A DNA stretch of 64,000 bases, taken from Haliotis rufescens. Its lineage: Eukaryota. The first letter of the stretch is position 1. Each line of letters opens with the position of its first letter. The notes below the pieces were generated by a model that was given only the letters and a program-made list of their open reading frames with translations, ran no database searches and was not told the DNA's origin. The stretch lies in assembly GCF_023055435.1 (NCBI RefSeq), contig NW_025963957.1, positions 5,022,001 to 5,086,000 on the forward strand, written 5' to 3'. Shown one piece after another: positions 52,901-62,626 of the stretch. Position numbers and translations under genes: made by a program.

Positions 52901-55900
52901 AATTCTCCCAGTAAGTCTGGAGTCTGGCTCCCACTGGGTAAGGAGAGGGGGCCCTGACAGGTTGCGACAGGCGCAACTGTCCAGGGCCAAGTGACTCGGG
53001 TTCGCCTAAGGGCCAACCGAAGTTGGCGCTGTCGGCATACGAACCCCTCCAATGAGAGTCACCTGGAGGGGCCCTTGCCGTCCGTCGACGACTTGGGCTT
53101 CCCCCAGTTCCCCGTCTTCCCGCGAAAGGGCAGCTGATTGCCCATACCGGAGCCCTCAGGGCGGGGCTACTTCCCAGAGGAAGAAGAACCCGACCCCTTA
53201 GACCTACCGGCCGCAGCAGCCTGGGGCGCGCTCCGGTTAGGAGCGGCACCCAGGCGCCTATGCAGGGACCCAACAAGAGCAAGTGTGTGCCGAGAGTCCT
53301 CGGCAACGTACTCCAGGGAAGCATTTAAACTGAGCCGTGAGACATGGAGTGCCGAGCGAGGGCGTCCAGCTGGTGCAAGGTAGCTTGCGTTACCGTAGCA
53401 GCCGGTGGGGCACGGACACCCAACCGCTCAACATGGGCCTCCGCGGTAGGACCAGCCTCGGGAAAGGCAAGGTCATGTACCGGGAATAAACCCTTTCTCC
53501 ACGACGTCGGAGGCAACGGGAGACCCCGACCGGAGGCCGCCGCGAAGGCGTTCTCCAAGGAAGGCTTGAAACCGCGCAGCAAGGTTGATGCGGGGAAAGC
53601 CGTGTCGGAAGACTCATCGTATACCTCGGAGGAACCCACAGTCGTGGATTCCCCGCGGTACCGGCCGGGGCATGTCCTCAAAGAGGTCATAAACCATGGC
53701 CACGCGGTCCTAAACCGATAGCGGGAGCAACGGTTCGGGGGAAGGACCGGTGACCACGGGAGCCGCCGCCGTACCGGTGGACCCCGCGTCCGACCCCGCG
53801 GCCACCGAAGTGGCCGGGGACGGAACAGCCAGCGGCCTATCCTGAGATAAGGCCGCCAGCTTGGAGTCCACAAGTTATGCAAGTAATGCAGCGACGGAAT
53901 CCCCGGACAGCACACGGGCCGCCAAGAGATCCGCCGCTTTACCGGTGGACCCCGCGGCCACCGAAGAGGCCGGGGACGGAACAGCCAGCGGCCTATCTTG
54001 CGATAAGGCCGCCAGCTTGGAATCCACAAGTTTCGACAACAATGCGGCGACGGAATCCCCAGACAGCCCGAGGGCCGCAAGGGGATCCGCCGCAGCCGAG
54101 GAGGTGGTACCCGCACGGGGACCCCGACCAGACGAACCGGCCACCACAGGGGTGGAGACGGACTGTACGTACAGCCGGTACCGCTCAAAATCCGCAGGCC
54201 CCAGACCTTCGCACAGGATGCACCGGGCGTCCCCGCAAGGAACCCTGCACCGCGGGCAACGATCGTGGGGATCCCGGGACGACAAAAACTTTCTGCACAC
54301 CCCATAACTCCGAGGAGCAGGGGTAGAGGGGGTGGATACTGGGGACAGATCCATGTCAGACATTGATTGTTTGCTATAAACAAAGAACAAAACATGGTTA
54401 CAACGCACGCACCACAATGATTCACAAATGAACATTTTCACAAGAAAATAAACGAGCAATGTGAACATATAACATACACATATAACTTTTATTAAAGAAA
54501 TAAGTTATGTTAACCCCCAAAACATACAAGAACAGTGGAAACGTAAAACACAACGTGCATACGCGAACCCCGCAAGTATATAGAAAAAAGGGCGGGAAAA
54601 ATTTTCCGTTTGGCGGGAAAATTATAACCAAGCGTAGCTACCGCAACGCCCCATAAAAGCACAGTTTATTAGAGAATAAACTATAATAAATATCACCAAA
54701 TCTTCAAGGAACGCTTCAGCAGGAGAAAACACGTCTTGCTAAGCAGACGAAGGAGACAAGAGTGAAGGGTGTCACATGGCAGCTAGGTGGCTACGCACGT
54801 GCTGCATGAGGTAATTGAGATCTCTGTGGTAGATTTCGCTATAGCAGCAGTTGTGGGAGACAACAGCCTCGGTATAACAGTGGTAACGTATTACTTAATG
54901 TAATATGGACCCACATGTCACACATTGACAACTATGTCCGCCATTTTGTTGGATGTCACCATGGTCATAAGGCACATGGAATAGACACATTATATACAGG
55001 AAGCTGGTCGAAAACAGTTTCCTTATCACAGGAGCTGCTAATTTCTGAATTTCAAGTTTCATTTTGACTTGTCATAAACGTTAACAAGATGAAAATGTGC
55101 ATGATTTTAAAACCAGTATACCAGTATTTTCCATTGAGATACATATGAATTATGAATTCAAATCATGGCATACTGTATACTGATAATACCTCTCACCTCT
55201 AAGTAAGCCCTCACTGTTGCTGACAGTGAGCATGTACCATGAACCTGCTTTAACATACCATACCTACATGTCAGGTCAAATTGCTCCTGGCAGCACATTG
55301 TGAACCTCCTTTTATGTACCACACAAAATGAGGCAAATGGAAGCCAAGATTTAATCTCAGAGTGCAAAGAAAGTATTAGGAGTAAGGAGTTCTCAAAACT
55401 TTCATAGTCCTGATAGCTGGCTACACAACCTCAGGTTAGGCCACTTCGCTACCTTTATCATTTAGTTGTAGGCCAGTTAGTATGAAGAAGGGCCAGTAAC
55501 TTGCAAAAGGAGCAAGCCATGTTGGCTACATACACATATGTTTTTAAATCTACCCCTGCACACCTGCATGATGTCATTGCCCCCGTTGAACATGCATCGT
55601 CCTTGCTAGTGTATCAGGCAATAATATAAATATATACTACAACAACTGCATAAGGTAAGTGGCAATGTGACCCTCCACAATTGCAGGTAGGTATGTGTCG
55701 CTGGCCCTCATCTCGGAGAGCAGGTGACAAGCATGACTGCACCCATGTGATAAGCTCTGTTGTGTGCAGCTCAGCTCAGATGATGAGGGTCAGCTTGCTA
55801 CTAGCCACACACATGAAAAGCTTGCTGAACAGGCTGGATATAAGTTGTACATGAATCAGTGAAAAGGCAGGCTACATAAATAGCTATACATGTGTGGATG

Positions 55901-58900
55901 CAGAGAAATCTTACGTGTCGGCTTCGGAGGCGGTGGTCCCTTCAAATGAGCTGACAAGAGATACAGGACATCACACAACGGAACACAATGTACACTGAGA
56001 ACCCTACAGACTACTCTCAACACCACATTATCAAATGTTGAAGTCTATGTTGTTTTCTGAGTATGTACATGGAACACTGAAATCATTTACGACACAAGTT
56101 TGTCATCATTTTTCAAAATTGGACTTTTATCACTGCCATCCATTGAAAATTATACCTTCCAATTACACAGACCTTTTTTCTAGCATCATTGCCTTCCCAG
56201 GAAATCCACAGACTACCGATGAAAACCTTGCCCTCCTACAATACAACCACCTGCCAATGAGTATAACTATCCTTTCCCTAAAACTCCTACCTGTCCGTGA
56301 CACCCTACCTACAATACCCTGTCTCCCCCACTGCCCATGACACCCCACCCCTAACAATACCAAACCTAGCCAAGACACCCCACCCAACTACAACAGAGCT
56401 CGAGGTAAGCTGCGTATTTGCGTAAAATACCAGGGTTCACTCTATGGATTTCTGACATGGGCCCTTTATGTGAAAATTTCTAATATTCCTGAGGTACACC
56501 CACACTTGCCCCAAAAGCACAATGTTAAAATGACCCATTGTATTTGAAAATGTGGGCTTTTTTTCAAAACCCGAGAATTATCCCTGAAATATGCATTAAA
56601 TAAACTGAAATATGCAGAGGAATAAAATCCTAGTGTATCAAACACGCAAGAAAAACTAAAAAAATGCTACTAAAACAAAAATTGATGCGTATATTACAAC
56701 TATTAAATAAAAAAATGGCGTATACTACAACTGTTAGATAAAATGATTGTGTATCAGCTGACTGCAAAATTCACTTGCTGACAGTTACATTTAGACAAGT
56801 TTGTGCAACAAACATACTGATAGATGACAATTGAAGAGCACATCAATGTACACGTTGTATCTTAAACAGTCGCTGATATGGTGATTAAAAAAATGTGACT
56901 ACCCTCTAAAAATTGTGGATACCCAATCAAAATAAAACCCCTGGGTAAAATACCCAAATAACCAACAGCTTCTCTATAGCTCTGCACAATACCCTGCCCC
57001 TCCAAGACATCCCCACCTGTCTATAAAATCCTTCCTACAAAACCCTTCCTTCACATGCCACCCTGCACAGACAAATTTACCTGTGTGGTCTTTGATCTTG
57101 TTGCTCGGTGCCTCCGGCTTGTGTTTGCCATCATGTTTTGTGTCATGTTTCTTGGACTCTGTGAGATGGGGGTCGGCAGCAGGGACCCTGTCAGGCAGCT
57201 TGGGGTACAGACCAGGCTTGCCTGCCCCGCCCCCACCACCTGGAGGGGCCTTGGGTATGGTCGAGATAGATGGGGGTGGAGGCTTCTTAGGTTTGGGAGC
57301 CTGCAGTTACAATAACATATAATGAACTGTTTGGTAAACATTTCTTAGAAGGTAACGGATGACAAAGTAGATACCAACGTTTCGGTTTTGACGGTATCTG
57401 TCAAGCATGTACCGAAACGACACTATATATATATATACAATGAAGAACATGGTATATTTCACAACACACTGTTCTGTCATGATGTCATTTCTGGTGATTT
57501 AAATATGTATTCGCAACTTGATAACATCATATATTCGACGACATTATTTTTGAGAGGGAAGTGTCTAGTAAGTTGTTCCCCATAGATGTAGCTGGGCTAT
57601 GCAGATAACCCACCTGTAAAATGGACTTGTCCGACATTACCCAGGTCGGATTCTTTGCAGAGAGTCATCATGATTAAAGTTTTGGTATATATTTCTAAAG
57701 CTTGTACATTTTATCAACATCCTGAAGGATGCTGTACATAATGTTGATGACTCATATAAGAAATACATAAACGACTTGTGGCGGTTGTTTATCGAACAAT
57801 AAATGCGCCCTTCATGGATATTGTTGATGCAATGTTATATTGTACGATAAACAACTCCCACTTATTGGTTATTTCTTAAATACATACCAGGCATTAACAG
57901 CTTATTGTTTCTTTTTGAAGATTGAACTTTATGACTTTACACACTGAAGAATAATAATTGACTTCTACATTGACATACATTATAAAATATGAGTTAGCAG
58001 ACAACTATGTGCTCTTTGGATTACTAGAAACAACTTACTGAGACTGCCAAAACATAGTCAATGAAGTCACTTCAGTGAGTCCTTGTCCCATTCCCTGTAC
58101 ACAGGCCTTAGTACTTACTTCTTCTGGGATGAGTTCCACAAAATTGTCCGGGAAAACACCAACTTTGCCATTGACCTCTCCCTTCCACCATCCTTCATCC
58201 TCCAGTTTGGTGTCAAGCACTGAGATGGTCTCCCCTTCCTTCAAGGACAACTCATCAGGCTGCTCTGCGGTGTAGGAGAATCTCACAACGGCTCTGTTCA
58301 CTGAGAGACATAAGAACATTTAAGGTCATAGCAATCAGGGCAACCTATTGACAATTTGCCATTGGCATCACACCAGCAACATATCAAGGACATCAGGGCA
58401 TCACACTAGCAACATATCAAGGACATCAGGGCATCACACCAGCAACATATCAAGGACATCAGGGCATCACACCAGCAACATATCAAGGACATCAGGGCAT
58501 CACACCAGCAACATATCAAAGATATCAAGGCATCACACCAGAAACATATCAAGGTTGGTTGGTTTGTTGTTTAAAGCCTCACTCAGCAATATTCCAGCTA
58601 TATGACGGCGGTCTGTAAATAATCAAGTCTTGACCAGACAATCCAGTGATTGATATCGCGAGCATCCATCCAAACAATTGGGATCGATGACATGCATCAA
58701 CCAAGTCAGCCTGACCACCAAATCCCATTAGTAGTCTTTCACAACATCAGGGCATCACACTGGCAACATATCAAGGACATCAGGGCATCACACCAGCAAC
58801 ATATCAAAGATATCAGGGCAACACACCAGCAACATATCAAGGACATTCGGGCATCACACCAGCAACATATAAAGGATATCAGGGCATCATAACAGCAACA

Positions 58901-61900
58901 TATCAAGGACATTCAGGTGTCACACCAACAACATATCAAGGACATTAGGGCATCACACCAGCAACATATCAAAGATATCAGGGCATCACACCAGCACATA
59001 TCAAGGATATCAGGGCATCACACCAGCAACATATCAAGGACATTAGGGCATCACACCAGCAACATATAAAGGATATCAAGACATCACACCAGCAACATAT
59101 AAAGGATATCAGGGCATCATAACAGCAACATATCAAGGACATTCGGGTGTCACACCAGCAACATATAAAGGATATCAAGACATCACACCAGCAACATATA
59201 AAAGATATCAGGGCATCACACCAGCAACATTTCAAGGACATCAGGGCAACACACCAGCAACATATCAAGGACATCAGGGCATCACACTAGCAACATATCA
59301 AGGACATCAGGGCATCACACCAGCAACATATCAAGGAAATTCGGGTGTCACACCAGCAACATATCAAGGACATCAGGGCATCACACTAGCAACATATCAA
59401 GGACATTCGGGTGTCAAACCAGCAACATATCAAGGACATCAGGGCATCACACCAGTAACATATCAAGGACATCAGGGCATCACACCAGCAACATATCAAG
59501 GAAATTCGGGTGTCACACCAGCAACATATCAAGGACATCAGGGCATCACACTAGCAACATATCAAGGACATTCGGGTGTCAAACCAGCAACATATCAAGG
59601 ATATCAGGGCATCACACCAGTAACATATCAAGGATATCAGGGCATCACACCAGCAACATATCAAGGACATTAGGGCGTCACACCAGCAACATATCACACA
59701 CAACGTATCAGTAACAACAACACATTTTTGGCAACATATTAGTCCGATCCTAATGACAAGTCCTACTGTCACACTACCTTTTTTCTCTCTCTTGACCACC
59801 TCAGTCGTGATGGGTATGGGATCAGCTACAGGGGCCTTGGTGGGTTCAGGAAGGGGTGGCCGGACTGGTTCCAGGGGCGGAGGTCGGGCTGGCTCATGGG
59901 GTGGTGGTTTAGGTGGCTCCTGAAGATGTTGAGGAATATTGAGTGATCAACCATAGTTTACAAAGCTAGAAAAGTGTTTATATGATATATATATATATAT
60001 ATATATATATGTTAAAATGTCTATAACAACCTTGAATGCCTAAGTTGTCAACTCAACACTCAATACACTCTTTCCAATGGTGTAATGAAAAAGTGTTACA
60101 AACAACAAGGCAAAAGAATTGTCATGTTTGTAAAAAGACAGGGATTAATAACGCATGAGCTGAACAAGCTTCATAATGTAATGAAAGTATAGAATCAGAT
60201 TGTGTTTCTGTGACCTTCACCTTTACATCAGCGTGCTTCTTCGCCTCCACGGGAGGTGCTTCTTTGTTTTTGGGAGCAGAGCGGAGTTTGATTGGGCCGC
60301 CTTGGAAGATGTTCCCCAGGCCAATACCGATCACCTTCTTTCCCTTTATCTCGTGAACACTGCCAGATGACTCATCACCAGAACCTGACACAGAACAGCA
60401 AATCGGGAACATCACATCACCCATCTGACATCCAAATATCTACAGAGCACGTCAGAGTATCACTAACACAGAACATTATACATCATATCCCCCAAATAAC
60501 ATCGAAATATTTCATCATAGTATCACAATATCACCACTCTAGGGCTGGGACATGTCCAAATTTGCTATGCGGGTACCCGACCCCTATTACCCGACCCTAC
60601 CCGGGTACCCACTCAAAGCGGTGGGTACAAAATGTCCGATTGGAAATAGTTTGACCATCGCCCAAGAAAAATGTACCCAAGTACCCAAGTTACCCGTCCC
60701 AGCCCTACACCACACGCACATGACATGGCATCACTCCAAGGAGCATCATCTTTCATATCGCATCAAAATGTCCTAACAGACAATATACACACATCACCTC
60801 GTATCAAACAGGGACACAGTTGTATCACATGGGGAACATCATGATATCATCTACACAGATCAGGTCTGAGGTTTCAGTCCACATCTTGTTCTACATCAAG
60901 AATCAACTCACCGATCCCACTTGGTTTGTCTGGGACATCTGGTTGTCCTGCATCCTCTGGCTGTTCCTCACACATCTCCACAAAGTTGGATGGGAACACA
61001 CCACTGGGGCCATTGTTGCTGCCCTCCCACCATCCATCCTCAACCTACAGGGACACCATCGATCAGCTTTAGTCTGCCATTACTATTGTTTACCAGGGTG
61101 CCGTTGTACAAAACTACCTTAGCGCTACAACTGTCATAAGTCTATGTTAAGGTATGGGAGTTATGATCATCTTAGCGCTAAGATCGCTTTGTACAACGAC
61201 ACCCAGCAATCTAGCATTATCATCTTGTGAATCACTAAGAATGAGTTTTCCATGTGGTGCCAATGTGAGAGATCAAAACACAGGTTTTCTGTTATACAAG
61301 CCCTGTAACCAGAGCTACCCAATTCCCGGGAAATCGGGGTGAGAATTTTTACCTCCAGAACAATGTAGAAAGCAAGGTCAATTCTATCTCGCATACAAAG
61401 ACAGTCTTACTTTCCGTACAAAGTCAATCCTACCTCCCGTACAAAGACAATCCTATCTCAGTAGAAAGTCAATCCTACCTCCTGTACAAAGTCAATCCTA
61501 CCCCCCATACAAAGTCAATCCTACCTCCCATACAAGGTCAATCATACCTCCTGTACAAAGTCAATCCTACCTCCTGTACAAAGGCAATCCTACCTCCTGT
61601 ACAAAGTCAATCCTACCTCCCGTACAAAGTCAATCCTACCTCCTGTACAAAGTCAATCCTACCTCAGTAGAAAGTCAATCCTACCTCCTGTACAAAGTCA
61701 ATCTTACCTCCCTTACAAAGTCAATCCTACCTCCTGTACAAAGTCAATCCTACCTCCCATACAAAGTCAATCCTACCTCCCATACAAAGTCAATCATACC
61801 TCCCTGACAAAGTCAATCATACCCCCCTTACAAAGTCAATCTTACCTCCTTTTCAAAGACAATCCTACCTCCCATACAAAGTCAGTCCTACCTCCCATAC

Positions 61901-62127
61901 AAAGTCAATCCTACCTCCCTTACAAAATCCATTCTACCTCCCATACAAAGTCAATCCTACCTCACATACAAAGTCAATCCTACTTCCCCTACAAATTCAA
62001 TCCTACTTCCTGTACAAAGTAATTCTTACCTCTCGTATGAAGTCAATGATTTCTCCCTCCTTGAGTAGCAGCTCATCTTCATTCTCCGGTGTGTAGTCAA
62101 ACATAACCTTGCATTTCTTTTTCTTAT
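37652..62127 (-). CDS. SH3KBP1: CIN85/CD2AP-family SH3 adaptor (SH3KBP1-like), 5' end outside window. Exons 62127-62030, 61044-60912, 60384-60221, 59919-59778, 58300-58119, 57300-57081, 55950-55915, 47574-47338, (45131-45123), 41148-41039, 40126-40016, 39349-39232, 37917-37652
   Basis: Phase-consistent GT-AG exons encode two SH3 domains ([15 protein letters not shown]...DGWWEG...GVFPSNFV; [15 protein letters not shown]...[19 protein letters not shown]), the [12 protein letters not shown] linker typical of CIN85/CD2AP, PxxP-rich region, CPI motif [17 protein letters not shown] and the C-terminal coiled coil [21 protein letters not shown]. Likely the single invertebrate CIN85/CD2AP (cindr) co-orthologue. 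Confidence 0.9.
39232..39349 (-). CDS. SH3KBP1: SH3KBP1-like exon
   Basis: tgtcag|[10 protein letters not shown]...APPRPPEP...GQ|gtacag, phase 0-1. Confidence 0.78.
39420..39769 (-). mobile_element. SINE family C
   Basis: Reverse complement of 26705-27058; TSD ctgatgtgctaga. Confidence 0.9.
40016..40126 (-). CDS. SH3KBP1: SH3KBP1-like exon
   Basis: ttttcag|[12 protein letters not shown]...KEKQ|gtacgt, phase 0-0. Confidence 0.78.
40168..40591. mobile_element. Non-autonomous DNA element (TIR cagggg(t/a)..attgaac); related right end at about 55460-55559
   Basis: 16-bp imperfect TIRs and a dispersed homologous segment. Confidence 0.55.
40672..40768 (-). mobile_element. SINE family A (deleted), nested in an old family-B SINE
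   Basis: TSD acactgtgcag. Confidence 0.8.
41039..41148 (-). CDS. SH3KBP1: SH3KBP1-like exon with capping-protein-interaction (CPI) motif
   Basis: tttcag|[31 protein letters not shown]...|gtgagc. Confidence 0.88.
44686..44851 (-). mobile_element. SINE family A
   Basis: Full length; 13-bp TSD agatgacattgag. Confidence 0.92.
45123..45131 (-). CDS. Candidate 9-nt microexon (adds G-E-A)
   Basis: ttttcctttgcattccgctgtgcccag|GAGAAGCAG|gtgagc, phase 1-1. Confidence 0.5.
47338..47574 (-). CDS. SH3KBP1: SH3KBP1-like proline-rich exon
   Basis: cttcag|STNDRVAPP...[13 protein letters not shown]...SDQ|gtaata, phase 1-1. Confidence 0.82.
47690..49188. repeat. 64-bp minisatellite
   Basis: aacctgctcgtatgtaacacacctagatgttgttagacctgcttgttgctgacagtgcaccatg, about 22 copies. 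Confidence 0.96.
50234..51290 (-). pseudogene. DIRS tyrosine recombinase (premature in-frame stop at 51056-51058)
   Basis: AARVSE (R), CPVRAL, HEIR (HxxR), YWRS, NHY (catalytic Y); the core-binding N-terminal part is in the same frame but separated by TAA. Confidence 0.9.
51274..52940 (-). pseudogene. DIRS reverse transcriptase / RNase H / methyltransferase-like ORF (disrupted)
   Basis: [32 protein letters not shown]...[23 protein letters not shown] (RNase H), VDLFA...YAYPP (MT). Frameshift near 52735, TAG at 52663-52665, and RT core missing between MIH and TSAPW (near 52636). Confidence 0.9.
53325..54363 (-). pseudogene. DIRS gag-like ORF1 (disrupted)
   Basis: N-terminal Cys/His cluster [29 protein letters not shown]; about 156-bp internal duplication whose second copy carries TAA at 53875-53877 in place of AAA. 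Confidence 0.7.
55915..55950 (-). CDS. SH3KBP1: 36-nt symmetric cassette exon candidate ([11 protein letters not shown])
   Basis: cttgtcag| ... |gtaaga, phase 1-1, encodes a PxxP motif. Confidence 0.65.
57081..57300 (-). CDS. SH3KBP1: SH3KBP1-like proline-rich exon
   Basis: ctgcag|[11 protein letters not shown]...|gtaaat. Confidence 0.85.
58119..58300 (-). CDS. SH3KBP1: SH3KBP1-like exon (SH3-C)
   Basis: Complete SH3 domain, GAA|gtaagt donor. Confidence 0.93.
58360..59695. repeat. 33-bp minisatellite filling an SH3KBP1 intron, interrupted by a SINE-like insert (about 58555-58740)
   Basis: gggcatcacaccagcaacatatcaaggacatca. Confidence 0.95.
59778..59919 (-). CDS. SH3KBP1: SH3KBP1-like proline-rich exon
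   Basis: cttcag|[15 protein letters not shown]...KREKK|gtagtg; phase fits both neighbours. Confidence 0.8.
60221..60384 (-). CDS. SH3KBP1: SH3KBP1-like exon (B-C linker)
   Basis: [21 protein letters not shown]; tgtcag acceptor, AAG|gtgaag donor. Confidence 0.85.
60540..60707. mobile_element. hAT-like MITE, short copy of the same family
   Basis: TIR tagggctgggac / gtcccagcccta; TSD caccactc / caccacac. Confidence 0.82.
60912..61044 (-). CDS. SH3KBP1: SH3KBP1-like exon (SH3-B, second half)
   Basis: ctgtag|[23 protein letters not shown]...|gtgagt. Confidence 0.9.
61370..62047 (-). repeat. 23-bp minisatellite made of exon end plus splice donor
   Basis: Minus-strand unit attgactttgtacaggag|gtagg versus real junction attgacttcatacgagag|gtaag; about 29 copies. 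Confidence 0.93.
62030..62127 (-). CDS. SH3KBP1: SH3KBP1-like exon (SH3-B, first half)
   Basis: cttcag|(D)[32 protein letters not shown]|gtaaga. Confidence 0.9.
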
Positions 62128-62465
62128 CTGAAGAGGAATACATGGACTACAATGTTGTGTATATTTACAAGATGGATGGTAGTAAAACAAACAGGTCAAG
62201 GCCAAAGACAGATGAACTCAGCCAAGATGGAATATTAACACTTGATTGCAGAGTACCCAGATAGGTTCCGAAGATGAAGCATATTAGCAATATGTGTCAA
62301 AAACTCGCACAAACCTGTAGAGGTTATGGATTCTCTGATGAAATCAGTGTGTCAAGATTTTCTTGAGCAAGGAAAATGCAATAAGTGCCCCAAGGAGGAT
62401 TTAATCTGAAAGAGAATCTTTAGTCTACTACTACTAGCCAGAATCTGTCACATTATTTTCAGTAG

Positions 62466-62626
62466 TGAGTGAGTGAGTTTTTTACGCCGCTTTTAGCAAT
62501 ATTCCAGCAATATCACGGCAGGGGACACCAGAAATGGGCTTCACACATTGTACCCATGTCGGGAATCGAACCCGGGTCTTCGGCGTGACAGCGAACGCTT
62601 TAACCACTAGGCTACCCGACCCCCCC
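62466..62626 (-). mobile_element. SINE family A
   Basis: Full length; 12-bp TSD tattttcagtag. Confidence 0.92.

Larger units (their letters stand above)
49306..54904 (-). mobile_element. Full-length DIRS1-type tyrosine-recombinase retrotransposon (5.6 kb) inside an SH3KBP1 intron
   Basis: 147-bp inverted terminal repeats (49338-49484 and 54751-54897); 3' extension 49306-49337; internal complementary region 49527-49617 joining the two element ends; AAT trinucleotide at both borders; gag-, RT/RH/MT- and YR-like ORFs. Confidence 0.95.

Noticed and set aside
51056-52990. 644-aa ORF as an independent protein
   Set aside because: It is the overlapping upstream extension of the DIRS YR frame; only its last roughly 75 aa resemble the recombinase N-terminus.
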